Positions 18,102 through 27,126 of a stretch of DNA of 55,735 bases are shown here, one piece after another (the first letter of the stretch is position 1; each line of letters opens with the position of its first letter). Position numbers and translations under genes: made by a program. This DNA is from Verrucomicrobiota bacterium (GTDB taxonomy: Bacteria > Verrucomicrobiota > Verrucomicrobiia > JABWAM01 > JAHFSZ01), in contig JAHFSZ010000005.1 of assembly GCA_023265515.1 (NCBI GenBank), positions 1 through 55,735 on the forward strand. Direction: 5' to 3'. Below the pieces are notes generated by a model that had not been told where the DNA came from, ran no database searches, and saw only the letters and a list, made by a program, of their open reading frames with translations.

Positions 18102-19904
18102 ATGAAAAAAACACGCGCCATCACCTCGATCGTCTTGATTCTCGCTGTTACCACGGCGAGCGCCAATCCGATTTTGACGAGCGCGAAAGTCACGCAAGTT
18201 CAGAACGATGTCCGCCTGAAAGAAGGCGCGGCGACTCCCGGCTCCGGCGGCGAACTTGATCCAGCCCCTTCGCGAGGTTTGGCCGCTTCCGAGCACAACG
18301 CCAAGGTCGGCGATGTCGTGCAGGGAACCCGCACGCTGAGCACCGGAAAAAAATCCCGGGCCGAACTGTTGTTCAACGACAACACGGTCGCGCGGCTTGG
18401 GGCCAACAGTGTTTTTTCATTCAAGCCCGGAAGCCGTGACATCGATCTGAAATCGGGTTTTCTTCTGCTCCACACCCCCAAGGGACAGGGCGGGGCCAAG
18501 ATCACCACGCCCTCCGCGGCAGCCTCCGTTCTGGGCACGACCGTCATGCTCGCGGCCCTGCCGGGGGGCGGGATGAAACTGGTGGTGCTGGAAGGCACCG
18601 CCTCTATTAAATACAACGGCATCACACAGAACGTGGGTGCGGGCCAGTTGGTCTTCCTGACACAGGAGAATGGCATGTCGCCACCCATCAATGTCGACCT
18701 CAAGCAGCTCGTCGCTTCATCGGGACTGTTCAACAATTTCAAGGGAACCATCGGCAGCGAGCAGTTAATCCAGGAAGCGATCAAGGAGCAGGCCGAGAAG
18801 ATCGAGGATGGCGAATTGGAGGCGAGCGGTTTCAAGATCGGCGGTGATCAGAACGGCCTGAACATCCTCAATGCGGCGGTGATCGAGGCGCTGCTCCAGC
18901 AGTTTGTAACGGTCCAGAATGCGCTGTCCCATACCACGGCGGAGATTCAGGAAGACATGTCTGATGCCTTCAGCCTTTCTCCTCCCGCCAGCATCGATTT
19001 CTCAACGCCCCTTGCGGTCAGTGACACCGGCCTGAGCCTGCTTGGCGTGCCGGGTGAGTCGGGCAGCGTCATGTTTTTCAGCGACCGCTTTTATTTCACG
19101 AATGGTCCGCCTGCAAACCTTTCGAACCTCCAGGGCGGGTCCACAGCGATCTTCTCCGCCGCGGGCGAGGCAGTCGATTATCTGACGCGCTTCAATGCAA
19201 TCCGGTTCGACGGCTTCCAATCTTCGGGCGGCGAGGATGCCGGCGGATTCAACAACCTCAACCTTGTTTTCTCGGCGGATCGCGGGAGCATCGGCGTTTT
19301 CAATTCGAATTTTGAGCAAAATGGCGATCTCTTCTTTCACGCAGGGGGATGGAAAGTGGGGGACAAGGGAAATGTCGACATCTTCAACAGCAGGATTCAA
19401 AGCGCGGGCACCGGGGGCGCCGGCGTTTTCATCAACACCGCGACAGGCAACATTCTGATCAATCAATCCGAGATCCTGCTGGCGTCGTCGACGCCAGGCA
19501 CCCAGATCCTCCTGGATGCGCCGGGGACCGGTGCGGCCATTGTTGCTCAGAATTCGATCATCAACAGCGCCGTCGGAGCGAATCCCGGAGCCATCACGAT
19601 CCCTGCCAATCAGCTCACCGGCCGCGTCGATCTCACGAACACGCAGATCATCGCGGCGAACAGCCAACTGGCGTCCGATGTTCGCGTGCTTGCAAGCATG
19701 ATCAATCTCGCCAACACCACCATTACCGGATCCATGGTGATCCTCGGTAACAACGCCCAAAACGCTACGATCAATTTCATCGGCGATCAGAACTTCATCT
19801 ACACGAGTGCAGGCGTTGATGGCTTGGTGATCAACGGCACTCAAACCGGCACGGTGAATGTCGGCACCATTGGCCAGCAGGGAACCACGCCTGTTGGCCC
19901 ATAG
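18102..19904 (+). CDS. Secreted FecR-domain protein with a long N/G/T/I-rich beta-helix-like C-terminal region
   Basis: Signal peptide MKKTRAITSIVLILAV; FecR-like TGKKSRAELLFNDNTVARLGANS...TPSAAASVLGT; repetitive beta-strand-rich tail. Confidence 0.75.
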   Translation: MKKTRAITSIVLILAVTTASANPILTSAKVTQVQNDVRLKEGAATPGSGGELDPAPSRGLAASEHNAKVGDVVQGTRTLSTGKKSRAELLFNDNTVARLGANSVFSFKPGSRDIDLKSGFLLLHTPKGQGGAKITTPSAAASVLGTTVMLAALPGGGMKLVVLEGTASIKYNGITQNVGAGQLVFLTQENGMSPPINVDLKQLVASSGLFNNFKGTIGSEQLIQEAIKEQAEKIEDGELEASGFKIGGDQNGLNILNAAVIEALLQQFVTVQNALSHTTAEIQEDMSDAFSLSPPASIDFSTPLAVSDTGLSLLGVPGESGSVMFFSDRFYFTNGPPANLSNLQGGSTAIFSAAGEAVDYLTRFNAIRFDGFQSSGGEDAGGFNNLNLVFSADRGSIGVFNSNFEQNGDLFFHAGGWKVGDKGNVDIFNSRIQSAGTGGAGVFINTATGNILINQSEILLASSTPGTQILLDAPGTGAAIVAQNSIINSAVGANPGAITIPANQLTGRVDLTNTQIIAANSQLASDVRVLASMINLANTTITGSMVILGNNAQNATINFIGDQNFIYTSAGVDGLVINGTQTGTVNVGTIGQQGTTPVGP

Positions 19905-19919
19905 ACTCACGGGCTTCCG

Positions 19920-20420
19920 GTGACTTTCGGTCAACCCTTGCAGGCCAATAACCAGCGTAGTCTCATGCAGGTTGCCATTGAAGCGGCCCGCTCCGGCATA
20001 CGACTTGGGCATGGCGGTCCTTTTGGCGCCTGTCTCGTGAAGAACGGAAAAATCCTCGCTGTCGCGCACAATACGGTCCTAAAGACGTACGATGCCACCT
20101 GCCACGCCGAGATCAACGCCATCCGCGGGGCATCCAAAAAATGGAAGACCCCGTTTCTTGAGGAAGCCGTGATCTACTCCACGACGGAGCCTTGTCCGAT
20201 GTGCTTTGCCGCGATCCACTGGGCGCGAATCTCGCGGGTCGTGTACGGGGCTGACATCGCTGACGTGAAACGCCGGGGTTTTAACGAGCTTACCATCTCG
20301 AGTTCGAAGTTGAAAATGATGGGCAGATCCCCCGTCCGGATCACGAAGGGTTTCATGCGGCGGGAATGCCTCGGTCTTCTCCGGGAGTGGGACCGGCTCG
20401 AAACCAAGCACCCCTATTGA
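19920..20420 (+). CDS. Zn-dependent nucleoside/guanine deaminase (CDA fold)
   Basis: HAE and EPCPMC zinc motifs; GPFGA. The start may be ATG 19965. Confidence 0.88.
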   Translation: MTFGQPLQANNQRSLMQVAIEAARSGIRLGHGGPFGACLVKNGKILAVAHNTVLKTYDATCHAEINAIRGASKKWKTPFLEEAVIYSTTEPCPMCFAAIHWARISRVVYGADIADVKRRGFNELTISSSKLKMMGRSPVRITKGFMRRECLGLLREWDRLETKHPY

Positions 20421-20531
20421 CGACCCATAACATGGCGCGCCAGCTTCCGGTGAAGCTTGGGCAGCATGGGCCGAAATCCAGTTTGTATTGTGCGTGAACT
20501 TCCGGACGGCCGTGGTAGGTTGTCACAGACG

Positions 20532-21155
20532 ATGCCGGACCGCCGCTCATCCTTTGGACTCGCCCGCCGCGAGCTTCGGATCCTTCGACGCCTGAACACG
20601 CCCGCCAAAATCCAGGACTTCCTCACCAATCTCCCATTCAACGGCGAGCCCCGGGGGGAAACCTGCATGTCTCCGCGCCGAGTCCTGCGGACCGGCAAGG
20701 CACATTGCATGGAAGGCGCGCTGCTCGCCGCGGCCGCCCTTCGTCTGCAAGGCCGACCGCCGCTCATCATCGACCTGTGCGCCACCGATGAGGATGACGA
20801 TCATGAAATCGCCCTCTTCGGAGGACCCGGCTGCTGGGGCGCGGTTTCCAAAACCGGTTCTCCGGTCTTGCGCTATCGCGAACCGATCTATCGGTCAATC
20901 CGCGAGCTGATCATGTCGTACTTCCACGAATACTTTATGAACAACGGCCGGAAAACCCTCCGCTCCTATTCGGTCCCGATCGATCTGAGCCGCTTCGACA
21001 AGCGCGGCTGGATGACGGCGGAGGACGACCTCTGGGACATCGCCGATTACATGACTGACGTCCGGCACCATCGCATTCTCACTCCGGCCCAGACCGCCCA
21101 CCTTCGCAAGGCCGATCCAATCGAGATCAAGGCAGGGCGGATGCAGGAGAAGTAG
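20532..21155 (+). CDS. Conserved hypothetical protein, transglutaminase/papain-like
   Basis: LNTPAKIQDFL...AHCMEGALLAAA...DDDHEIALF...LRYREPIYRS with candidate catalytic Cys and His. The start could be as early as 20457. Confidence 0.7.
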   Translation: MPDRRSSFGLARRELRILRRLNTPAKIQDFLTNLPFNGEPRGETCMSPRRVLRTGKAHCMEGALLAAAALRLQGRPPLIIDLCATDEDDDHEIALFGGPGCWGAVSKTGSPVLRYREPIYRSIRELIMSYFHEYFMNNGRKTLRSYSVPIDLSRFDKRGWMTAEDDLWDIADYMTDVRHHRILTPAQTAHLRKADPIEIKAGRMQEK

Positions 21156-21297
21156 ATGGAAGACGGAAGAACTCTGTGGCGGGGAGCATTCTAGAAACTG
21201 CGGGCGATTCTAGTAATTCTAAGTTTCCCCTGAAAAAATGCGCTTCGGCCAGGCAAACTTGCTGAACCAACGCCGATCATGTATGGTGAATATCTAA

Positions 21298-22173
21298 ATG
21301 CGAATGGGAGGAACCAAAATCTGGGCGGCGATGTGGTTGGGGTTTGGCATGCTGGTGTCGGCTCCGGCTCAAGCCGTCATTCTGGGAAGCGCGGACGGTT
21401 CCGGAAATACGACGGCCCCAACGGACGATCCGGGCTGGGCTCGCATCGGAATGGTGAACGGCTCCACCGGCGTCTATCTGGGCGATGGCTACGTCCTCTC
21501 GGCCAAGCACGTCGATGCGGGTAACTTCACGCTTGGCTCAACCATCTACAGTCTCGATTCCAGTTTCGCGCCCCAGTATCTTCAAACCTTGCCCGGCATG
21601 TTCGCCGACCTGGTGATCTTCAGGGTCGTCAGTGGGCCGTCCATGTCCCTGATGCCCATCTACACCGGCAGCGCTGAAGCCGGCAAAATTGCCACATACG
21701 TCGGTTTTGGACTGGACCGGGGCACCGAGGTCACGGGACAAGGCTGGCTTTGGGGAACCACCCAGACGGAGCGATGGGGACAAAATGTCATTGACGGCAC
21801 GTTTACCATTTCCGACAGCGCCTCGCACACTTCTTACGAATCGCTGGTTTCGGATTTCGACCGCGTCGGCAGCGGCGGAACCGGACTGGCGAACGAATCC
21901 GCCGCCGCGACCGGCGATTCGGGCGGCGCGCTCTTCATCAAGGACGGCTCCATCTGGAAGCTCGCGGGCATCATGACCGCCGTGACCGCGACCGGCCACT
22001 CCTATTACGATAACAACCCCACCCTGCCTGGAAACCAGCCCGACAACCTTTATTCCGTCCGCTTGAGCGATTACAGCGGCTGGATCCTTACGACGATTCC
22101 CGAGCCAGGCAGTTGGGCGCTGATGGTTCTGGGCAGTGGGCTTCTTGCCGCGCGTCTCTTTCGGAAAAAATAG
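21298..22173 (+). CDS. Trypsin-like serine protease with PEP-CTERM sorting domain
   Basis: Signal peptide; catalytic triad motifs LSAKH, ADL and GDSGG; C-terminal IPEPGSWALMVLGSGLLAARLFRKK. Confidence 0.9.
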   Translation: MRMGGTKIWAAMWLGFGMLVSAPAQAVILGSADGSGNTTAPTDDPGWARIGMVNGSTGVYLGDGYVLSAKHVDAGNFTLGSTIYSLDSSFAPQYLQTLPGMFADLVIFRVVSGPSMSLMPIYTGSAEAGKIATYVGFGLDRGTEVTGQGWLWGTTQTERWGQNVIDGTFTISDSASHTSYESLVSDFDRVGSGGTGLANESAAATGDSGGALFIKDGSIWKLAGIMTAVTATGHSYYDNNPTLPGNQPDNLYSVRLSDYSGWILTTIPEPGSWALMVLGSGLLAARLFRKK

Positions 22174-22231
22174 AGAGGGCGGTGCGTCTAGACAGGAAAA
22201 TGCCTGTCCAGCACGGCAGATTTCTCCCTGT

Positions 22232-22259
22232 ACGCTCCACGCTCCACGCGGTACGCTCC
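22232..22259 (+). repeat. Heptamer tandem repeat (ACGCTCC)x4, one copy degenerate
   Basis: acgctcc-acgctcc-acgcggt-acgctcc immediately upstream of the ZIP start. Confidence 0.6.
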
Positions 22260-22266
22260 GCCTTCA

Positions 22267-23016
22267 ATGAACGTCTGGGGTTACAGCCTTTTGAGCGTGG
22301 GCATCGTCAGTTTGCTCTCCCTGATCGGCATCGTCACGCTTTCCCTGAAGCCTCTGACGATGCGTAAAGTCATTTTTCACATGGTCAGTTTCGCCGTGGG
22401 CGCCCTGTTCGGCGACGCGTGCATTCACCTGATTCCAGAAACTTTCGAAAAAATCCGGCCGCCGCTGACCGGATCGTTTCTTCTGGTCGGCGGCATCCTG
22501 ATCTTCTTTGTGCTCGAAAAGTTCGTCCGGTGGCGCCACTGCCACGTTCCGGAGGAGGAGCATCAACACGTCCATCCGGTTGTCACGACCAACATTGTCG
22601 GCAACACCGCGCATAACATGATCGACGGCATGCTCATCGGGGCCAGTTACACGGCGAGCATTCCGATCGGCATTGCGACAACGATCGCGATCATCCTGCA
22701 TGAGATCCCTCATGAGATGGGCAACTTCAGCATCCTGATCCACGGAGGTTTGCCGGTTCAAAAGGCGCTCCTGGTCAACTTTCTTACGGCGCTTGCAGCC
22801 GTGCTCGGCACCGTCATTTCCCTCTTGATCGGCTCGCATGTGGAAGCTTTCACGCTCTGGCTTCTGCCGGTGACCGCCGGTGGTTTTCTCTACATTGCCG
22901 GATCGGACCTGATCCCCGAGCTCCATCACGAGGTGAATCTTCGGACCTCGTTCGGCCAGTTCGTCGCGATCATCCTGGGCGTGGGAATCATGGCGGCGCT
23001 CAAGTTCATGGATTAG
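22267..23016 (+). CDS. ZIP family divalent metal transporter
   Basis: His-rich loop HCHVPEEEHQHVH; HNMIDG; HEIPHEMGNF; GGFLYIAGSDLIPEL. Confidence 0.92.
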   Translation: MNVWGYSLLSVGIVSLLSLIGIVTLSLKPLTMRKVIFHMVSFAVGALFGDACIHLIPETFEKIRPPLTGSFLLVGGILIFFVLEKFVRWRHCHVPEEEHQHVHPVVTTNIVGNTAHNMIDGMLIGASYTASIPIGIATTIAIILHEIPHEMGNFSILIHGGLPVQKALLVNFLTALAAVLGTVISLLIGSHVEAFTLWLLPVTAGGFLYIAGSDLIPELHHEVNLRTSFGQFVAIILGVGIMAALKFMD

Positions 23017-23060
23017 AAGCTATCCCGAAGGCGAGTCGAGGACCGGTGGTTTTTATACGC

Positions 23061-24506
23061 TCAGAAATGAATTCCGGTCATGGAGAATGCAACCGCGATG
23101 GACGCCGCTCCGGCCCACATCAATGCGAACGGAATCCAGGTCTCGCGCTTGTGCATGAAAAAATAAATGACGTTGGGAAGCGGGTTGAAGAGAAACATCG
23201 CGATCGCCCAACCGATGCTTTCCTTCCAGGCCAAAACAACCATCCAAATACTGCCCGTCAGATACGTGATGAACCCTGCAAGGATGAGGATGTAGAGCCC
23301 CCTGGAAATATCCGGAATTTTTGTTCCGTCCTGTGCGAGAACGTTCCCGGAGGATTTTTTTGGCGGTTCCTTCGCGGCGGCTGACGAGACAGCAGGCTGG
23401 GCAGGGCCGGTGACGGCGGGTTTTGGAGCCTTTGCTCTTGGCTTGGAAATTTTCGCGGCGGCGGCGTTCGATGCCTTTGCCGCGGCGGCCAACGCCGCTT
23501 CCCTCGCCGACTGCTCCGCCCGTTCAAGGATCCCGACGACACCGGGCTGTCCTTTCTGGCGCGCCACATCAACGGCACTGCCCCCGCTGCCAGCCGACAT
23601 CTTCGCGCCTTTGCCGAGAAGCAAGGCCACGGCATTCGTCTGTCCTGCCGCGGCCGCGTGCATGAGCGGCGTCCAGCCCGCCTTGTCCTCTTCATCCAGT
23701 AAAGCGCCGCGTGAGATCAGGGTTTTCATCGCCTCCTCCCGGCCCGCGGCGGCGGCAACCATCAGCGGAGTCGCTCCGGTGGCCGGGTCCTGCTCCTTCG
23801 TGGAGGCGCCTGCTCCGATCAGCGCCTCGATGATGGCCGGCTGGCCGGACGCGGCTGCGCGCATCAACGGGCTCATCCCAGTGACATCCACCGTTTTCAA
23901 CAAATTTTTGTTTTTTAAAACGAGTTCACGGATGGTTTTGACATCCTCGATCAGCATGGCGGTTTTCAGGTCGGTGACTTTCACACCGGAATCCTTCAAG
24001 AGGCGGCAGACCTTCACGCGGCCCTTTGCCGAGGCAACCATCAGGGCGGTCTGTTCCAGGCCATTTTTTAGATTCAGATCGGCATCCCGCGCGATCAGGG
24101 CCTTGGCGATGTCGTCCCAACCGTTGGCAGCCGCCTCGATCAACGGTGTGTTGCCGCCAGGCAGGAGGCCGTTGACGTCGCCCGCCGTCCGGATCATTTT
24201 TTCAGCCTGCTGAACCGCTTCCCGTGACGGGGGCGTGAGATCCACATCGCCGGGCTCGATGATGGATTTGTCGGTCGAGGCGTTCAGCGCCGCCACCTGC
24301 TCGCGCGTCAGCACCGTCAGCGGCACGGTCTTGTTGCCGATCGCATGCGTGAAGGTGATCTGATTGTCCTTGAACTGTGAAAGCGTCACTCGTTCATACG
24401 TGAAGTCGCCGATGGTGAGCGAGTCAACCGGGGACTCCGCCCGTGCGAGGACGGACATGGCGATCAAAGTCAAAATAATGCCGGGTTGCCGCTTCATAAG
24501 AAACAA
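23061..24506 (-). CDS. Ankyrin-repeat envelope protein with conserved N-terminal beta-domain and C-terminal 3-TM module
   Basis: Repeated GxTPL/ALMxAA ankyrin motifs; shared N- and C-terminal modules with its neighbours. Confidence 0.88.
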   Translation of the reverse strand: MFLMKRQPGIILTLIAMSVLARAESPVDSLTIGDFTYERVTLSQFKDNQITFTHAIGNKTVPLTVLTREQVAALNASTDKSIIEPGDVDLTPPSREAVQQAEKMIRTAGDVNGLLPGGNTPLIEAAANGWDDIAKALIARDADLNLKNGLEQTALMVASAKGRVKVCRLLKDSGVKVTDLKTAMLIEDVKTIRELVLKNKNLLKTVDVTGMSPLMRAAASGQPAIIEALIGAGASTKEQDPATGATPLMVAAAAGREEAMKTLISRGALLDEEDKAGWTPLMHAAAAGQTNAVALLLGKGAKMSAGSGGSAVDVARQKGQPGVVGILERAEQSAREAALAAAAKASNAAAAKISKPRAKAPKPAVTGPAQPAVSSAAAKEPPKKSSGNVLAQDGTKIPDISRGLYILILAGFITYLTGSIWMVVLAWKESIGWAIAMFLFNPLPNVIYFFMHKRETWIPFALMWAGAASIAVAFSMTGIHF

Positions 24507-24507
24507 C

Positions 24508-25431
24508 CTACATCAAGAGATCGAAAAAACCCATTCGATAACGCAAGACGGGAATCGTCAACATCAGAAAACCGGCCGCGTAGATCCCATAGGGCAGAGC
24601 CGCCGTGCGAATGTGGAACATCCAGTAGATGAATCCGGCGACTGGATTGAAAAAGAAAATGAGCAGCGCCCAGGTCATGCTGTCGGTTTGATGAATGGCC
24701 ATGCCGATAAGCCACACTTCGCCAATGAAAAGCATGAAAAAACCGGCCCACGCCAGAAAGCGGACGAACCCGGGGACCTTGATCCGCGTCTCCGATTCCT
24801 CCTGCTCGGACTCCTGACCGTTACGGCCAAGCGAGCGGAACTCCTGGATCAACGCCTCCGTCGAAGCGGCCGCTTCAGCCACTGCCACCGGATTTTCCGC
24901 CGGAACAATGGGGGTTGTTGCCGGCGGGGCGTTCGTCGCAGGCGGAGGCGTTGGCGCCGCGGCCTGATTCGCGCCATTGGTCTGCAGGATCGGCGCCGGG
25001 GGGCTCGTTGGAGCCGCAACCTGATTCGTGGCCGCTGCCGGCGGCGCGATCTTGATCTTCGCGGAGGTCCGGTTGAGCGCCTCGATCTGGCCGGGCGACA
25101 GTTGAGACGCCGGAAGGTTTTTGAGGCCGTATGCATGGGAAATGACGACGGTCGTTCCGTCGAAGCCGGTGAGAGTCACGTTCTCGAAAGTCTTGTCACC
25201 GATGACCAGCGTCGGCAGAGGCTGCGGATTCGATTCCGCTGCCGCACCTGCGACGGCGTTGGTTGACGACAGAGGGGCGGCCACACCGGGTGCCGCGTTC
25301 GTCACGGGTGACTGGACTTGGCCTGGCGGGTTTGTGGTTTGGGCGAACACAGGTATCACCAGAGTCGCGACGAGAAAAACGAGGCCCAACAGCCCTGTTT
25401 GCTTCATTCGTAAAAAACGGACCGCAGGCAT
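24508..25431 (-). CDS. Paralog lacking ankyrin repeats: N-terminal beta-domain, Pro/Ala/Thr linker, C-terminal 3-TM module
   Basis: IGDKTFENVTL...SHAYG...QIEALN and WALLIFFFNP motifs shared with neighbours. Confidence 0.8.
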   Translation of the reverse strand: MPAVRFLRMKQTGLLGLVFLVATLVIPVFAQTTNPPGQVQSPVTNAAPGVAAPLSSTNAVAGAAAESNPQPLPTLVIGDKTFENVTLTGFDGTTVVISHAYGLKNLPASQLSPGQIEALNRTSAKIKIAPPAAATNQVAAPTSPPAPILQTNGANQAAAPTPPPATNAPPATTPIVPAENPVAVAEAAASTEALIQEFRSLGRNGQESEQEESETRIKVPGFVRFLAWAGFFMLFIGEVWLIGMAIHQTDSMTWALLIFFFNPVAGFIYWMFHIRTAALPYGIYAAGFLMLTIPVLRYRMGFFDLLM

Positions 25432-25438
25432 AAAGCGC

Positions 25439-27019
25439 CTAAAAGAGAAAGTCGAATACGCCGACCTGGTAGACCATCACAGGGATGCCCCACATCATCA
25501 GGCCGAATAGATAAAGGGCGAATGGAAACCACATTTCCTTTGGGTGCATGATGAAATAAACCAGAAATGCGGGGGGGCCGAAAAACAAGGTCAGCAGGCC
25601 CCACAGCGCGCTGTCATAAAATGCCATGCAGATGAACCAAAGCGATCCGCCGACGAAAAACATAAGGCCTGACCAGACGATGTATCGGACATAAGACGGA
25701 ACCTTCGCCATTTTTTGCTTGGTCTCCTCGACCTGCCTGGCGAGCTCCTTTTCAGCCGCCGTTTTGGATTCCATGATCTCCATCATCGATTGGACTGTCC
25801 TGGCATCCGCCTGCATTTGCTGGCCCTGCGCCTTCATCTGCTCCAACCCGGGATCCCGGTAATCCTCGGATGGGGGCGCTTTGTTTTCCGCGGACTTTTC
25901 CGCGGGCGCCGGCAGCTGAGGCGGGGGCTGTTGATTCTGCGCCTTCTGCTGTTGAGACAGCCTCTCGCGTGAACGCGCCTCCTCTTTTTCAAACCGTTCG
26001 GCTTCCGCAGTCTGCTGCCTGACCGCTTCCGTGTACGCGCTCTCCCAGCTCTTGACTTGTTTCTCGTAATAGGCGGCGGTGTCCGCCGCGCTTTTCGCGT
26101 TCAGATCCTCGGTTTGCGCCCTCGAGAGGTAGTCCTGGGCCTGCTGCTTTTCGGTCGGGTTGGCAAGCGCCCGGCTCAGCTGCGCCGCCTTCCGGCGGAA
26201 GGAGCCGGCCTTGTCCCGGCTTGCTTTCGCCTGCTCGTTGAACTGTTTGGCCTTGGCCCGGCATTCCTGGATATTCTTTTCGCAGTCGAGCATGTAAGGC
26301 GTTTTCGGCAATACCTTCGGCGCATGCCTGGCGCCGGCGCTTTTCAAAAGCGCGATGATCTTCGCGTCGCCCCGCGCCTCCGCCTCCTGAAGGGGCGTCG
26401 TTCCCAACCTGTTCATCAAGGTCACATTTGCGCTGCGGGCGATCAGCACTTTGATAATGTTGGCACGGCCGTTGGCAACGGCTTCGATCAGCGGCGTGTT
26501 GCCGTTGGAGAGCAGACCGTTCACCTCGCCGGCCGATTGAATGAGCGCGTCGGCTTCTTTGACAGCTTCCGGCGAAGGCGGCGTCAGATCCAACTGGCTG
26601 GTATCAATGAAGACCCGGTTGGTGGTTTTGTTCAGCGCACCAACCTGCTCCACGGTGAACGCCGCGACCGGCAGCGTCTTGGTCCCATACGCATGGGAAA
26701 AGGTGATGTTGGCGCCATCAAACGAGGTGAGGGTGACGCTTTCAAATGTCTTATCGCCTATCGTAAACGACGCCATTGGCCGGGGCTCCTCTGTTGCCAG
26801 TCCCTGCCCTTGAGCCCTGGCGGGACCGGCAGGCGCACTCGCTGCGGCTGGAGTGGCTGTCCCGGAATCCGCCGCGTTGGTGCCCGCGCCACGGGCAACA
26901 CCTTCGGCGACTGGCTCCGTCTGGGCGGATAAGAGCACCGTGACCAACAGTCCGGCAAACAAGATCAAAAATGGGAGCGTTGTGAGGCGCCGAAGCACCC
27001 TTCCGATAAACCAAAACAT
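25439..27019 (-). CDS. Paralog with N-terminal beta-domain, 2 ankyrin repeats, coiled coil and C-terminal 3-TM module
   Basis: GNTPLIEAVANG and GTTPLQEA; A/Q/E/K-rich coiled coil; WGLLTLFFGP. Confidence 0.82.
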   Translation of the reverse strand: MFWFIGRVLRRLTTLPFLILFAGLLVTVLLSAQTEPVAEGVARGAGTNAADSGTATPAAASAPAGPARAQGQGLATEEPRPMASFTIGDKTFESVTLTSFDGANITFSHAYGTKTLPVAAFTVEQVGALNKTTNRVFIDTSQLDLTPPSPEAVKEADALIQSAGEVNGLLSNGNTPLIEAVANGRANIIKVLIARSANVTLMNRLGTTPLQEAEARGDAKIIALLKSAGARHAPKVLPKTPYMLDCEKNIQECRAKAKQFNEQAKASRDKAGSFRRKAAQLSRALANPTEKQQAQDYLSRAQTEDLNAKSAADTAAYYEKQVKSWESAYTEAVRQQTAEAERFEKEEARSRERLSQQQKAQNQQPPPQLPAPAEKSAENKAPPSEDYRDPGLEQMKAQGQQMQADARTVQSMMEIMESKTAAEKELARQVEETKQKMAKVPSYVRYIVWSGLMFFVGGSLWFICMAFYDSALWGLLTLFFGPPAFLVYFIMHPKEMWFPFALYLFGLMMWGIPVMVYQVGVFDFLF

Positions 27020-27066
27020 GGCCGAAATCTCAAGCTGGTTCTCAGAAACCGGGTGGTGTCCTATGT

Positions 27067-27111
27067 TGTAGCGGCGCTCTATGAGCGCCGGCCCGGCGGT
27101 CGCAGACCGCC
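27067..27111. repeat. GTAG-type REP-like double hairpin (right end truncated)
   Basis: tgtagcggcgctctatgagcgccg-gcc-cggcggtcgcagaccgcc; sister copy at 39329. Confidence 0.8.
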
Positions 27112-27126
27112 AATTCGCCCTAGATC

